From: Gammaproteobacteria bacterium
Lineage (GTDB): Bacteria > Pseudomonadota > Gammaproteobacteria > HK1
Reading direction: 5' to 3'
Assembly (NCBI GenBank): GCA_012103455.1
Contig: WLWT01000001.1
Coordinates: 2,795,288 to 2,859,287 of the forward strand
Length of the DNA: 64,000 nucleotides
Part shown: piece by piece, positions 35,573 through 44,856 of the stretch
Layout of the letters: every line of letters begins with the position of its first letter
Numbering within the stretch: position 1 is the stretch's first letter
Program-made: the position numbers and the translations under genes
Notes under the pieces: model-generated
Seen by the model: the letters and a program-made list of their open reading frames with translations, nothing else
Told to the model about the DNA's origin: nothing
Databases searched by the model: none

Positions 35573-37657
35573 TCACTCATGCGCCGTGGCCGCCTGAGCG
35601 CTAGGCCGCTCACCCGCCGGCAAGATGAGAATGCTGCCGTAGGGGTCCACGTGGCCGGTGTGATGAGGATGAATGAGTGTGGTCGAATCCGTCTGCGTAA
35701 TGATGGCCGGGCCATGCACCTGATGCCCGGCCCGTAGTTTTAGCCGGTCATAAACGGCGGCGGGCTGGAACGAGCTAGCGAAATAGACCTGCTCGTGGCC
35801 GACCCAGGCGGCGCCCGCATCGGCATCGATCGGCACCAGGCGCGGGAGCGCCATCTTGCGCACCTGCCCGGCGCCCACGGCCCGCAGATTCACCAACTCC
35901 ACCGGTGTACCCAACTTGAAACCGTACAGACGCTCGTGGGCGGCGCCAAAACGCGTGGCCAGCTCATCCAGCGCTGCCTTGTCAAAACCGCTGGAGCGTA
36001 CCTCTAGTGCCACTTCATAACCCTGGCGAAAATAACGCACGTCCGCTTCATAACGAATGCTTTGATCGCCGCTGGCGATGCCTTCTTCGCTGAGCCAACC
36101 GGCGGCTTCAGTGCCCAAGCGTTTTAACACAGCGCTGATGTCGGCGGGAGCCACCGTTTCCAAGTGGCGGATGAATGTTTGGGCGAATTCGTTTTTGGCA
36201 TCGGAATACAAAAAACCGAGGGCGGACAGCACGCCAGGGGTGGGCGGAATGATCACGGGATAACAGCCCGCCAGCATGGCGATAGCATTACCGTGCAATG
36301 GACCTGCGCCGCCGAAAGCCACTAGGGCGAAGTCGCGTGGATCCAAGCCTTTTTGCACTGTCACCAAGCGTAACGCACCCAGCATGTTCTCGTTGACTAT
36401 ATCCACAATGCCCTGCGCCGCCTGCTGTGTGCCTAGGCCTAGGCAGGTGGCGATGCGGTTAACAGCGCTTTCGGCGGCGGCCACCTCCAATGCCATAGCA
36501 CCATCGAGCAAGCGCGGCGGCAAGCGTCCTAGCACCACATTGGCGTCGGTCACGGTGGGTTCCTCGCCGCCGTGACCGTAACAGGCTGGCCCTGGCCGTG
36601 CCCCGGCGCTGTGCGGACCTACCCGCAAGGCACCGGTCATGGGCACATGGGCGATGGAGCCGCCGCCGGCACCTACGCTGTGCACCTCCACCGACGGGAT
36701 CTTGATGGGGTAGTAACCGAGAGCGGTTTGTCTCGAGATGGTAGGCAGGCCGTTTCGAATGAGCGAGACATCCGTGGAGGTGCCGCCCATGTCGAAGCCT
36801 AGCGCATTGGGGTGACCGGCGAGCCCGGCGATGAAAGCGGCGCCCGATACCCCGCCCGCCGGCCCCGAGAGCATCGTGTGCACGGGCCGATCCGCCGCCC
36901 GTTTGACGCTCATGAGGCCGCCATCGGAGCGTACGATATTGACCGTGGGTTGGACTTGCAATTCGCCTAACTTGGTCTCGAAATTGGCCAGGTAGTTGCG
37001 CATGGCGGGGCGCACGTAGGCGTTCATCACCGTCACCAAGGTGCGTTCGTACTCGCGAAATTCGGGCAGGATTTCCGATGACACGGACACTGGCATGTCC
37101 GGCGCCAAAGCGTTGACGATGGCTTTAAGTCGCTGCTCGTGGGCTGCGTTGGCGTAGGCGTTGAGCAACGAGATGGTGATGGATTCGACTTGCGCATCCA
37201 GTAGCGTCTGTACCGCCCCCTGGGCTTGGCTTTCGTCCAGCGGCGTTAACACCTCTCCGCGGGCGCTCATCCGCTCCTCGACGCCTTGGGTGTGTTGCAG
37301 ATCGGCCAACGGAGCGGGTTTTTGCATGATCATCCAGCCGGCCAGCGGCCCGGGTGTTTGTGATCGGGCCAGATGTAAAATCTGTTCGAAGTCTTGCGTC
37401 ACCAGCAAACCGACCCGTGCGCCTTTCTCCTCCAGCACGATGTTGGTGGAAACGGTGGTGCCGTGGAGCAGGGCGCGTATATCGGCTGGCCGCATCTGCG
37501 CCCGTTCCAACAGGCCACGTATGCCTTCGAGAATGCCCACGGATTGATCATGGGGGGTGGAGGGGGTTTTGTGCAGATGCAGCGCGCCGCTTGACTCGTC
37601 GAACAAAAGCAGATCGGTAAATGTGCCTCCAACGTCAATACCCAACCGGCAACTCAT
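35573..37657 (-). CDS. hyuA: hydantoinase A / N-methylhydantoinase / oxoprolinase (HyuA) family protein
   Basis: N-terminus MSCRLGIDVGGTFTDLLLFDE...HGTTVSTNIVLEEKGARVGLLVT is typical of hydantoinase_A. Confidence 0.8.
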   Translation of the reverse strand: MSCRLGIDVGGTFTDLLLFDESSGALHLHKTPSTPHDQSVGILEGIRGLLERAQMRPADIRALLHGTTVSTNIVLEEKGARVGLLVTQDFEQILHLARSQTPGPLAGWMIMQKPAPLADLQHTQGVEERMSARGEVLTPLDESQAQGAVQTLLDAQVESITISLLNAYANAAHEQRLKAIVNALAPDMPVSVSSEILPEFREYERTLVTVMNAYVRPAMRNYLANFETKLGELQVQPTVNIVRSDGGLMSVKRAADRPVHTMLSGPAGGVSGAAFIAGLAGHPNALGFDMGGTSTDVSLIRNGLPTISRQTALGYYPIKIPSVEVHSVGAGGGSIAHVPMTGALRVGPHSAGARPGPACYGHGGEEPTVTDANVVLGRLPPRLLDGAMALEVAAAESAVNRIATCLGLGTQQAAQGIVDIVNENMLGALRLVTVQKGLDPRDFALVAFGGAGPLHGNAIAMLAGCYPVIIPPTPGVLSALGFLYSDAKNEFAQTFIRHLETVAPADISAVLKRLGTEAAGWLSEEGIASGDQSIRYEADVRYFRQGYEVALEVRSSGFDKAALDELATRFGAAHERLYGFKLGTPVELVNLRAVGAGQVRKMALPRLVPIDADAGAAWVGHEQVYFASSFQPAAVYDRLKLRAGHQVHGPAIITQTDSTTLIHPHHTGHVDPYGSILILPAGERPSAQAATAHE

Positions 37658-37798
37658 GGTATTCGCCTGCTCTCCCCACACGCGCAGTGCGCACTGTAAC
37701 CAAACTTCGGCCCGCGCACATCACCGGCTTCCCTTTGCGCCTATATAACCGAGGCACTCGGCACCCTTGGAATTACCTAGGGCGAACTCGGTGAACAC

Positions 37799-38100
37799 TT
37801 GAAAACACGGTACGAAACGTTGCATATCACCACCGCCTGCGACGCAGGGTCGCGCGCCAGCGCCGCGCCTGACCTCCCGGCCCCTGAAGTCGCCGCTAAA
37901 CCCATTCGGCGCCAGTTCAGCGCTCAATACCGGTTGCGCATCCTGGATGAAGCGGACCGCTGCACCGAACCGGGGGAAGTCGGTTGATTACTACGCCGCG
38001 AGGGCCTGCGCAACTCGCATTTGACCGCCTGGTGTGAAGCCTGGCGCGAAGGAGCACTGAAGGAACTTACGCCCCAAAAGCGCGGCGCCAAGCCGGTCAA
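37799..38100 (+). pseudogene. IS3-family orfA N-terminal fragment with an in-frame TGA, truncated at 38100
   Basis: PIRRQFSAQYRLRILDEADRCTEPGEVG*LLRREGLRNSHLTAWCEAWREGALKELTPQKRGAKP matches the IS3 OrfA pattern. A TGA-terminal-like sequence tgaacacttgaaaacacgg lies at ~37779. Confidence 0.55.
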
Positions 38101-38105
38101 ACGCA

Positions 38106-38392
38106 ATCATCCAGCCGGCCAGCGGCCCGGGGGTTTGTGAGTCGGGCCAGATGTAAAATTTGTTGGAAGTCTTGCGTCACCAGCAAACCGGCCCGTGCGC
38201 CTTATTTCCTCCAGCACGATGTTGGTGGAGACGGTGGTGCCGTGGAGCAGGGCGCATATATCGGCTGGCCGCATCTGCGCCCGTTCCAACAGGCCACGTA
38301 TACCTTCGAGAATGCCTACGGATTGTTCATGGAGAGTGGAGGGGGGTTTGTGCAGATGCAGCGCGCCGCTTAACTCGTCGAATAAAAGCAGA
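38106..38392 (-). pseudogene. duplicated hyuA 5' fragment (copy B, about 90% identical to 37336-37622)
   Basis: Direct nucleotide alignment to the intact hyuA 5' region. Encodes ERAQMRPADICALLHGTTVSTNIVLEE. Confidence 0.6.
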
Positions 38393-38766
38393 AACGACCT
38401 GGAAACACATTAATACATGCTCCATCCGGCTTCAGTATTCTTTTTATTTCTCGAAGTGCTGAAGAATAGTCCATGATTATGCTCAAAGACCTGGCTACTG
38501 AATACGATGTTAAAAGTTTTATCCTCATAAGGAATTTTAGTAAGGGTCATCTTCTATTTTCTGTGTAATACCATCATTCATATAAGATGTTAAATTCGCA
38601 TTGGGACTGTCCGGAAGCGCAATGTCGCAACCAAAGAATTGATATCCAGCTTGCCGGAACTGGTGTACACAGATACCTTCACCACAACCAAAAGCAAGTA
38701 GTATGGTATCTTCAGATACAGTTAGACTTGTATTACTCAGTAAGGTTTTCAGTCATGCAACATACT

Positions 38767-39059
38767 GGAGGGCACCTCTAAAAATGCACTTTTTCCGCGA
38801 TTGCGGCGTCAGCTCCGTGCTCGAATCCTCATGTATCACCTATCACTGCTGTCCCGTAGAGCATACCAACCCTTTGAATTTATTGGAAAAACTGTTTTCA
38901 TGTCTCAAACACAATGCATAGTTAATTTTTTATGGAAATCAATAGGTTATACGCTGTGTTTAACCATTTTGTGGGACAGCAGTGATCACCTATACACTGC
39001 GGTTCCGCGCGCGGTGCTTCCTTGCACTCACGAAACAATGACTATTTTTAGAGGTGCCC
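38767..39059. mobile_element. MITE-like element (family A, TIR GGGCACCTCTAAAAATGCAC...) carrying a nested second MITE-like element (38844..38984, TIR CACTGCTGTCCC) flanked by a 9-bp duplication ATCACCTAT
   Basis: Left half 38767-38843 and right half 38994-39059 are collinear with the uninterrupted copy at 44857-44999. The nested insert has perfect 12-bp inverted ends and duplicated target atcacctat (38835-38843 and 38985-38993). Confidence 0.55.
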
Positions 39060-39070
39060 TTCAATCGTTT

Positions 39071-39749
39071 TCAGCTAGGGGAATCTAATAAGTGACGTCG
39101 CTTGAAGAGGTATTCGGTGTTCGCTTCGCCCGTTTTCATCGTCACCATTGTTAGATTGAGCTTCTCCGCCCAGTCTTTGACGTCAGCTCGTTTCGCAAAT
39201 TCCATGGGCCAACCACCTAACCAATCCACAATATCGGTGAAAAAAGCCATCCCTCTAGATCGTTTATAGCCAACAATCTTAGATTGTTTATAGCCGACAA
39301 CCTCAGATCGTTTATAGCCAGCAATTCGTTGGATAAGATCAGGGATTTTCTGCCAATTTTTGTAGAGGACAAATTCCAAAATATACCAGCCCACCATATA
39401 TTTTTTGGCAAGCCAACCGGAACGGTTATAGCGCTGTTTGACCTCCAACCAAAATTCAGCTGGGGGGTTGACTTGGATATCATAGTCGTACAGAGCAATG
39501 TACAAAATCGTCTCATCCTTCATCAGCCGGGCTGTATTATCCATCGCCTGCCACATTGCGCCAGTGTGATGCAGCACTCCCCAACAATACACCACATCTG
39601 CGGGTTCCAGCGTCCTGAAAAATTGCTCATCGAGAATTGAACCTTGCAGTACGGTCCAATGAGAAGGATTACCCGAGTACGCCTTGAGCATATTTGTTGT
39701 TTTGACCGAGTTAGAGTCTAAGTCGAAGCTCACAATCTTGGCTGCACCC
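39071..39749 (-). pseudogene. class I SAM-dependent methyltransferase, C-terminal part (gene split by the IS5-family insertion)
   Basis: ...VVYCWGVLHHT motif. Contains a 21-nt coding tandem repeat (x3) at ~39250-39315 encoding GYKRSEVVGYKQSKIVGYKRS. Confidence 0.55.
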
Positions 39750-40650
39750 GCTCTTAGAACCTGTTCAAGATCTGACGATTTTGGACATCTGACCTAAGCT
39801 ATTGTTATCCATAGTCATAGCGGCTGCGAAGGCAATGACAGACGAGCGAATCTACCCGAGTGACCTATCTCGCCAACAGTTCGAGAAAGTTAGACCGATC
39901 CTGGAGGCGGCGCGTCGGCGAACCAAGCCAAGGCAACTCGATCTCTATCACGTGTTCAACGCAGTGTTGTACCTGCTGAAGACCGGCTGCCAATGGCGCA
40001 TGTTGCCCAACGAGTATCCAAAGTGGCGAAGTGTGCATGAGTATTTCACTATCTGGCGGCAATCGTCCCCAGAAGACTCTTGCAGCGCCTTGGACAAGGC
40101 GTTAAAAAAATGGGTTGGCGAGGCCCGCAAATCCCAGGGGCGCAGTGGCAAAACCAGCCTGATCATCGTTGATGCACAGAGCGTGAAGAACACAGACAGT
40201 GCAAACCACAAAGGTTATGACGCAGGCAAGAAGACTTCTGGTATCAAGCGGCACATAGCTGTGGACACTCAGGGATTGGTGCACGCTGCTTTTGTGACCA
40301 CGGCAAATGTCACTGATCGAGCTGGGGCACTGGCCGCACTTGCTGCTCAAGCAGATGGGCGCCTCTCGGAGGTTAGGTGTGTAGTGGGCGATGGCGGGTA
40401 CACGGGGATGGCTTTCGCTGGCGAAGTGCTGAGATTAATCGGAGCGAACGTCGAAATTATCAAACGCTCGGACACGGGTCGTTTTGCCGTCCTCCCGAAG
40501 AGGTGGGTTGTCGAGCGAACCTTCTCATGGTTTGAGAAAAACCGCCGGTTGTGGAAAAACTGTGAGCGGCTAATCGAAAGCTCGTTGGGCATGATGCTAC
40601 TTGCAAATATTGCGCTGTTGCTTCGGAGATCTTGAACAGGCTCTAAGAGC
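39750..40650. mobile_element. IS5-family insertion sequence (~0.9 kb) with 24-bp imperfect terminal inverted repeats GCTCTTAGA(A/G)CCTGTTCAAGATCT
   Basis: IRs at 39750-39773 and 40627-40650. A single transposase ORF lies inside. It interrupts a methyltransferase gene whose halves are collinear across it. Confidence 0.75.
39835..40635 (+). CDS. IS5-family DDE transposase
   Basis: ...LPKRWVVERTFSWFEKNRRLWKNCERL is a typical IS5/IS427-group C-terminal motif. The listed ORF starts at 39802 (MLSIVIAAAKA, 11 extra codons); 39835 (MTDERIYPSDL) is chosen as the more likely start. Confidence 0.75.
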   Translation: MTDERIYPSDLSRQQFEKVRPILEAARRRTKPRQLDLYHVFNAVLYLLKTGCQWRMLPNEYPKWRSVHEYFTIWRQSSPEDSCSALDKALKKWVGEARKSQGRSGKTSLIIVDAQSVKNTDSANHKGYDAGKKTSGIKRHIAVDTQGLVHAAFVTTANVTDRAGALAALAAQADGRLSEVRCVVGDGGYTGMAFAGEVLRLIGANVEIIKRSDTGRFAVLPKRWVVERTFSWFEKNRRLWKNCERLIESSLGMMLLANIALLLRRS

Positions 40651-40845
40651 TGCCAAGGAATGCAGTCCACTACCGCAACCAATATCAAGAAAGTACTTGC
40701 CTTGCAGGTCATCCATGACTAGGAACTCAAGTAAATGCTGTTGAGCGATAGCTAATCGCTCTTCACTAAAGTACCGCTTGAGGTAGTGTGCCCAATTTTT
40801 CCCAAAGCCAAAACGCATTTCTTCAGACATAGGAGTGCTTTTCAC
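40651..40845 (-). pseudogene. same methyltransferase, N-terminal part (SAM motif I DIGCGSGLHSLAALRA)
   Basis: Frame continues to the C-terminal part as ...LAALRA|GAAKIVSFDLD when the IS is removed. Confidence 0.55.
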
Positions 40846-40913
40846 AAAATGATCATGATTAAGTTATGTATTATACTTCAACTGCTAAATAGCCTAAGCA
40901 GTACATTGCGAGT

Positions 40914-41016
40914 TTCGGTAAGTGTGCCTCCAACATCAATACCCACCCGGCAACTCACGGTATTCGCCTGCATCTCCTCACACGCACGGTGCGCACTGTA
41001 ACCAAACTTCGGCCCG
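40914..41016 (-). pseudogene. duplicated hyuA start plus upstream fragment (copy C, matches 37623-37720)
   Basis: Direct nucleotide alignment. Copy B plus copy C reconstitute a second hyuA 5' end split by the 38393-40912 insertion. Confidence 0.55.
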
Positions 41017-41029
41017 GGTACTGTGTGAA

Positions 41030-41520
41030 TCCGAACGCGAACACGTCCTCGGCGTGCTCACCTCCCCCCGCTTCATCGACCGTTCGCCGGCCGAATTGGT
41101 GGCCACGTTGCTCGGTAAGGGCGCTATGTGTGCTCCGAGCGCACGCTGTACCGCAGCCGGCCATCCGGTGCGTGAGCGGCGCAGCCAGCGCCAACGCCCG
41201 TCAGTACAGCAAGCCCCAACTGCGGGCCAACGCATCCAACCAAGTCCGGAGCTGGGACGGCACCAAACTTCTGGGGCCGACGAACTTCCCTTAGTACAAC
41301 CACGAGCATCGCCACGGCATTGCCATGCTGATACCGGCTGAGGTGCACCATGGGTGCGCTGAAGCCGTACTCCAACAGCGTCAACGCACTCTGGAGGCAG
41401 CCCTAGCGGCCCATCCCGAACGATTCGTGCACGGGCCACCCAAGCACCAGCCGCTTCCCGAAGTGGTCTGGATCAACCCACCAGAGGGTTCACCAACTAG
41501 CAGGAGTAGCGCTCATTGAA
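41030..41520 (+). pseudogene. degenerate transposase remnant (rve/integrase-type; N-terminal and C-terminal pieces in different frames)
   Basis: SEREHVLGVLTSPRFIDRSPAELVATLLGKG... and the C-terminal AAHPERFVHGPPKHQPLPEVVWINPPEG are transposase-like. The catalytic middle is missing. Confidence 0.4.
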
Positions 41521-41654
41521 GTATAGGCGGTGAGTGCCGCAAAATTGTTCACAGGTTCCGCTTCGTTCCCGGAGACATTTACGCGCCGTTTGCAAATTGC
41601 GCTGGGTCTGTTATACCGGGCGCACTATTTCCTCAAGGCGGGAGCGTTGCCTCC

Positions 41655-42182
41655 ATGGCAGTGCGCGAAGACGACACGGCGAGATGGCGTACAGCACGCT
41701 TTTGGATAGGCGTAGTGGCCCTGCTGATCCTCGCCGTGTTCATGTACTTCTTCCAGCCGGTGGAAGACTACTTGGTCGCCAGCATCCCGAAGATCCATTT
41801 CTTTAATATCGTCTTTTGGTGCGCCTGCGCTGTCGCCGTCATCGGCTACGCCGTGGCCCACTGGCAATCGTTTAAGCAATATATCTTCAGCGCCAGTGGT
41901 GACATAGACACCGACGCACTGGTGTTCAACGCGCTGCAAATCGCCATCTTGATCGCCGTCGTGTTCTGTGCTGGCGCCACTCTCCAGGCGCTGGAGTTAC
42001 TGGCGGCGGACATCATGCAGACCGGCCCGGAGTTGGAGGAGAACTTCGGCTCGCGGATCTTGGCCATCATCGTGCTGATCATCTTGGCGGCGTTGTTCTA
42101 TCTGCTGCACTACGCCGTGCGGGCAGTGCGGGCGGGCTGGAAACCGCGGCGGGCGCCTAGACGATCAGGGCCGGGTGCTTAA
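41655..42182 (+). CDS. hypothetical membrane protein (about 4 TM segments)
   Basis: Hydrophobic segments IGVVALLILAVFMYFF, FFNIVFWCACAVAVIGYAVA, ALQIAILIAVVFCAGATL, ILAIIVLIILAALFYLL. Confidence 0.4.
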   Translation: MAVREDDTARWRTARFWIGVVALLILAVFMYFFQPVEDYLVASIPKIHFFNIVFWCACAVAVIGYAVAHWQSFKQYIFSASGDIDTDALVFNALQIAILIAVVFCAGATLQALELLAADIMQTGPELEENFGSRILAIIVLIILAALFYLLHYAVRAVRAGWKPRRAPRRSGPGA

Positions 42183-42363
42183 CAGCAGACACTTAGATAA
42201 ATACAGGACCAGAGGCGTCGGGGCATCGCCCGCTTCTACCTCATTCCTGGAAGGCGCTGCATAATAGTTACCGCTCAGCGTCCGCTTGTGACGAGGCAGC
42301 GGTGGTCTGCTAGGTACTGACCATCACTCAGGCGGCGCTCGATGTAGGCAATGCCTTGGAGGA

Positions 42364-42408
42364 GCTTGAGATTAACCCACTTGAGATTAACCAACTTGGG
42401 ATTAATCC
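42364..42408. repeat. 3 tandem 15-bp repeats (cttgagattaaccca / cttgagattaaccaa / cttgggattaatcca) upstream of the GST gene
   Basis: Seen directly, ~135 bp upstream of GST start 42544. Confidence 0.4.
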
Positions 42409-42543
42409 ATTGGCAGTGCGCCCCGAGAGGGCCGTTATATTGGATGCGCTTTTGCGTCTGCGGCGGCGAGCCGAGGATGGACCGGCTTAGCGAAGACCCC
42501 ACCTCTGGTACACTCGTGCGCCTATCGGTGTTGGGTGGAGGCG

Positions 42544-43215
42544 ATGAAGCTCTACGATGCGAAGCAGGCTCCGAATCCGGGACGGGTGCGTATCTTTTGG
42601 GCTGAAAAAAGCGTTGAGATTCCCACGGAGCAAGTCGGTCTACTCGGCATGGAAAATCGTAAGGGGCCGTTCCTAGTGAAAAATCCGTTGGCCGGTGTGC
42701 CGCTGCTAGAACTAGATGACGGTGCATATATCGCTGCAACCGTTGCCATCTGCCGCTATTTCGAGGCACTGCATCCAATGCCTTGTCTGCTGGGGGACGG
42801 CGCTTTTGCGCAGGCCAATATCGAGATGTGGAATCGCCGCGCGGAGCTGGCCTTGATGCTACCGGTGGCGGCCAGATTGGGGGGGGGGACCTCTAACAAC
42901 CGTAGCGAGCGGCCTTAGGGCAAGGCGCACGGAGCGCAGGAACCGCAGTGTATGGGTAATACAATGAGGATTGCGAGCACCGCGCAACGCAGCCATAGCG
43001 TCGCGCAGTAGGTTTTAGAGGTCCCCGTGGCGTGGTTTGAGAAAGAAATGGAGGGACGCGAGTATGTTGCGGGCAATACATTTTCTATCGCCGACATCAC
43101 CGCTGTTGGCGCGATCGATTTCGCCCGGGCCGTGAGTATTGGCCTAGGGGAGGCGCATCCGTGCCTTCGCGCTTGGCACGGGCGGGTGGCGGCGAGATCA
43201 TCCTACGATGCCTGA
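42544..43215 (+). pseudogene. glutathione S-transferase gene disrupted by a MITE insertion
   Basis: N-terminal thioredoxin-like part (MKLYDAKQAPNPGRVRIFWAEKSVEIP...) runs into the MITE (..AARLGGGTSNNRSERP*). The GST C-terminal domain resumes at 43027 (AWFEKEMEGREYVAGNTFSIADITAVGAIDFA). Confidence 0.65.
42881..43026. mobile_element. MITE-like element, family A copy (TIR GGGGACCTCTAA...), inserted in GST; abuts a G10 run (42879-42888)
   Basis: Core aaggcgcacggagcgcaggaaccgcagtgtatgggtaatacaatgaggattgcgagcaccgcgc aligns with the copies at 44857 and 38767. Terminal inverted repeats present. Confidence 0.55.
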
Positions 43216-43243
43216 GGGGGCGTTTTCCAAGATAGGCCTGCTG

Positions 43244-44032
43244 ATGCCGGCCGGGCAGCAGCGGCGCTCGAACAATGCTAAGCGCCTGGCGGCGGCGCTG
43301 CGTGCGAAGGTCGGCAAAGCCATCGCTGATTACGGTATGTTGGATGATGGCGATAAGGTCATGGTTTGCTTATCGGGCGGCAAGGATTCCTACACCATGC
43401 TCGATATGCTGCTCAGCTTGCAGCGAAAAGCGCCTGTCAGTTTCGAGTTGGTGGCGGTTAATCTGGATCAAAAACAGCCTGGATTTCCCGAGCATGTGCT
43501 GCCGGATTACCTGCGCGAACTCGGTGTGCCGTACCACATCATTGAGCAAGATACTCATAGCGTAGTCACCCGCGTAGTGCCCGCTGGCAAGACCATGTGC
43601 GGTCTTTGTTCGCGGTTGAGACGTGGGTCCTTGTACACTTTCGCGCACGCTCATGGATTTGACAAAATAGCCTTGGGTCACCACCGCGACGACATTGTTG
43701 AGACCTTGTTTTTAAACTTGTTCCACGGTGGCCGGATGAAGGCGATGCCGCCTAAGCTGCGCAGCGACAACGGCAAACATATGGTCATTCGGCCACTAGC
43801 TTACTGCGCGGAAAGTGACATTGAGCGGTACGCACGGGCGCGCGTTTTCCCCATCATCCCCTGCAATCTGTGCGGCTCCCAAAGCAACCTGCAAAGGGTG
43901 CAGATAAAAAATATGCTGGCCGAATGGGAGCGCCAGCAGCCAGGGCGGGTGGAGCGAATTTTCAGGGCGATGCAAAATATCGATCCTTCGCAGCTCGCCG
44001 ACGGCACATTGTTCGACTTTAAAGCGCTCTGA
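43244..44032 (+). CDS. ttcA: tRNA 2-thiocytidine(32) synthetase TtcA
   Basis: PP-loop SGGKDS, CxxC motifs ([17 protein letters not shown]). Near full-length similarity to TtcA. The start could also be 43208. Confidence 0.85.
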   Translation: MPAGQQRRSNNAKRLAAALRAKVGKAIADYGMLDDGDKVMVCLSGGKDSYTMLDMLLSLQRKAPVSFELVAVNLDQKQPGFPEHVLPDYLRELGVPYHIIEQDTHSVVTRVVPAGKTMCGLCSRLRRGSLYTFAHAHGFDKIALGHHRDDIVETLFLNLFHGGRMKAMPPKLRSDNGKHMVIRPLAYCAESDIERYARARVFPIIPCNLCGSQSNLQRVQIKNMLAEWERQQPGRVERIFRAMQNIDPSQLADGTLFDFKAL

Positions 44033-44104
44033 CGCGCCGGGTTTTTTCGAGAGGCTTGCCGGCGGCCCCGAGGTGCGCCGCGCACTATAGAGAGAGATCT
44101 CACC

Positions 44105-44656
44105 ATGGGACACCGACTTTCCAAGATTTACACCCGTACCGGGGATGCCGGGACCACCGGATTAGCCGACGGCTCGCGCGTAGACAAGGACTGTTTACGG
44201 ATTGAGACGATGGGTGATGTGGATGAACTCAATTGCGCTATTGGCGCTGTTTTGCTGCATGCGGCGGTTCCGGCGGTGTCCAGGGCGTGTTTAACCGATG
44301 TGCAACATGCGCTATTCGACGTCGGTGGGGAAATGGCGATTCCGGGCGCCAGCACGCTAACGGCGCGTTACGTTGAATATCTGGAAGAGCACTTGGATGC
44401 GTTGAATGAGGCGCTACCACCGCTGAAGGAGTTCATTTTGCCAGGCGGGGGAGCGGGCGCGGTCGCCTGTCACGTGGCCCGGTCCATGTGCCGCCGCGCC
44501 GAACGCGCGCTTATCCGGTTGGGCCGCGAGGAGCAAGTCAATGAGCACAGCCGCCGTTATCTGAATCGGCTCTCGGATCTGTTATTCGTCCTAGCACGTG
44601 TCACTGCGCGCGCCGAGCAAGGGGAGGTGTATTGGCAGCCGGGGCGGGAGCGCTAA
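44105..44656 (+). CDS. ATP:cob(I)alamin adenosyltransferase, PduO/MMAB type
   Basis: N-terminal KIYTRTGDAGTTGL and overall PduO-type pattern. Confidence 0.75.
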   Translation: MGHRLSKIYTRTGDAGTTGLADGSRVDKDCLRIETMGDVDELNCAIGAVLLHAAVPAVSRACLTDVQHALFDVGGEMAIPGASTLTARYVEYLEEHLDALNEALPPLKEFILPGGGAGAVACHVARSMCRRAERALIRLGREEQVNEHSRRYLNRLSDLLFVLARVTARAEQGEVYWQPGRER

Positions 44657-44856
44657 CACCCGTGGAGCGTGGGCGCTAATACCCGCGCTGCTCAAGGTCC
44701 AGCGCTTGGCCTTTGCGAACCATCTGCAACCGGTTCAGAGAAGAATTGCCGGGCAGGATTTCGACCGGGAAGTTGCCATTGATGACGGCAGCTTTGACGT
44801 GGTTAGGCGGGTAGGGATATGGCCGCGAGCAGCGCGGTAACTGGCGTTATGGCCAA

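Noticed and set aside
38400-38770. AT-rich 370-bp stretch with small ORFs (38587..38781, 38703..38921), considered as a possible ncRNA or cassette
   Set aside because: No attC-like or promoter-terminator structure recognised. It is most simply filler sequence of the 2.5-kb insertion adjacent to the MITEs.
42275-42778. 167-codon minus-strand ORF overlapping the GST gene and the 15-mer repeats
   Set aside because: Antisense to a recognisable GST N-terminal domain. No motifs.
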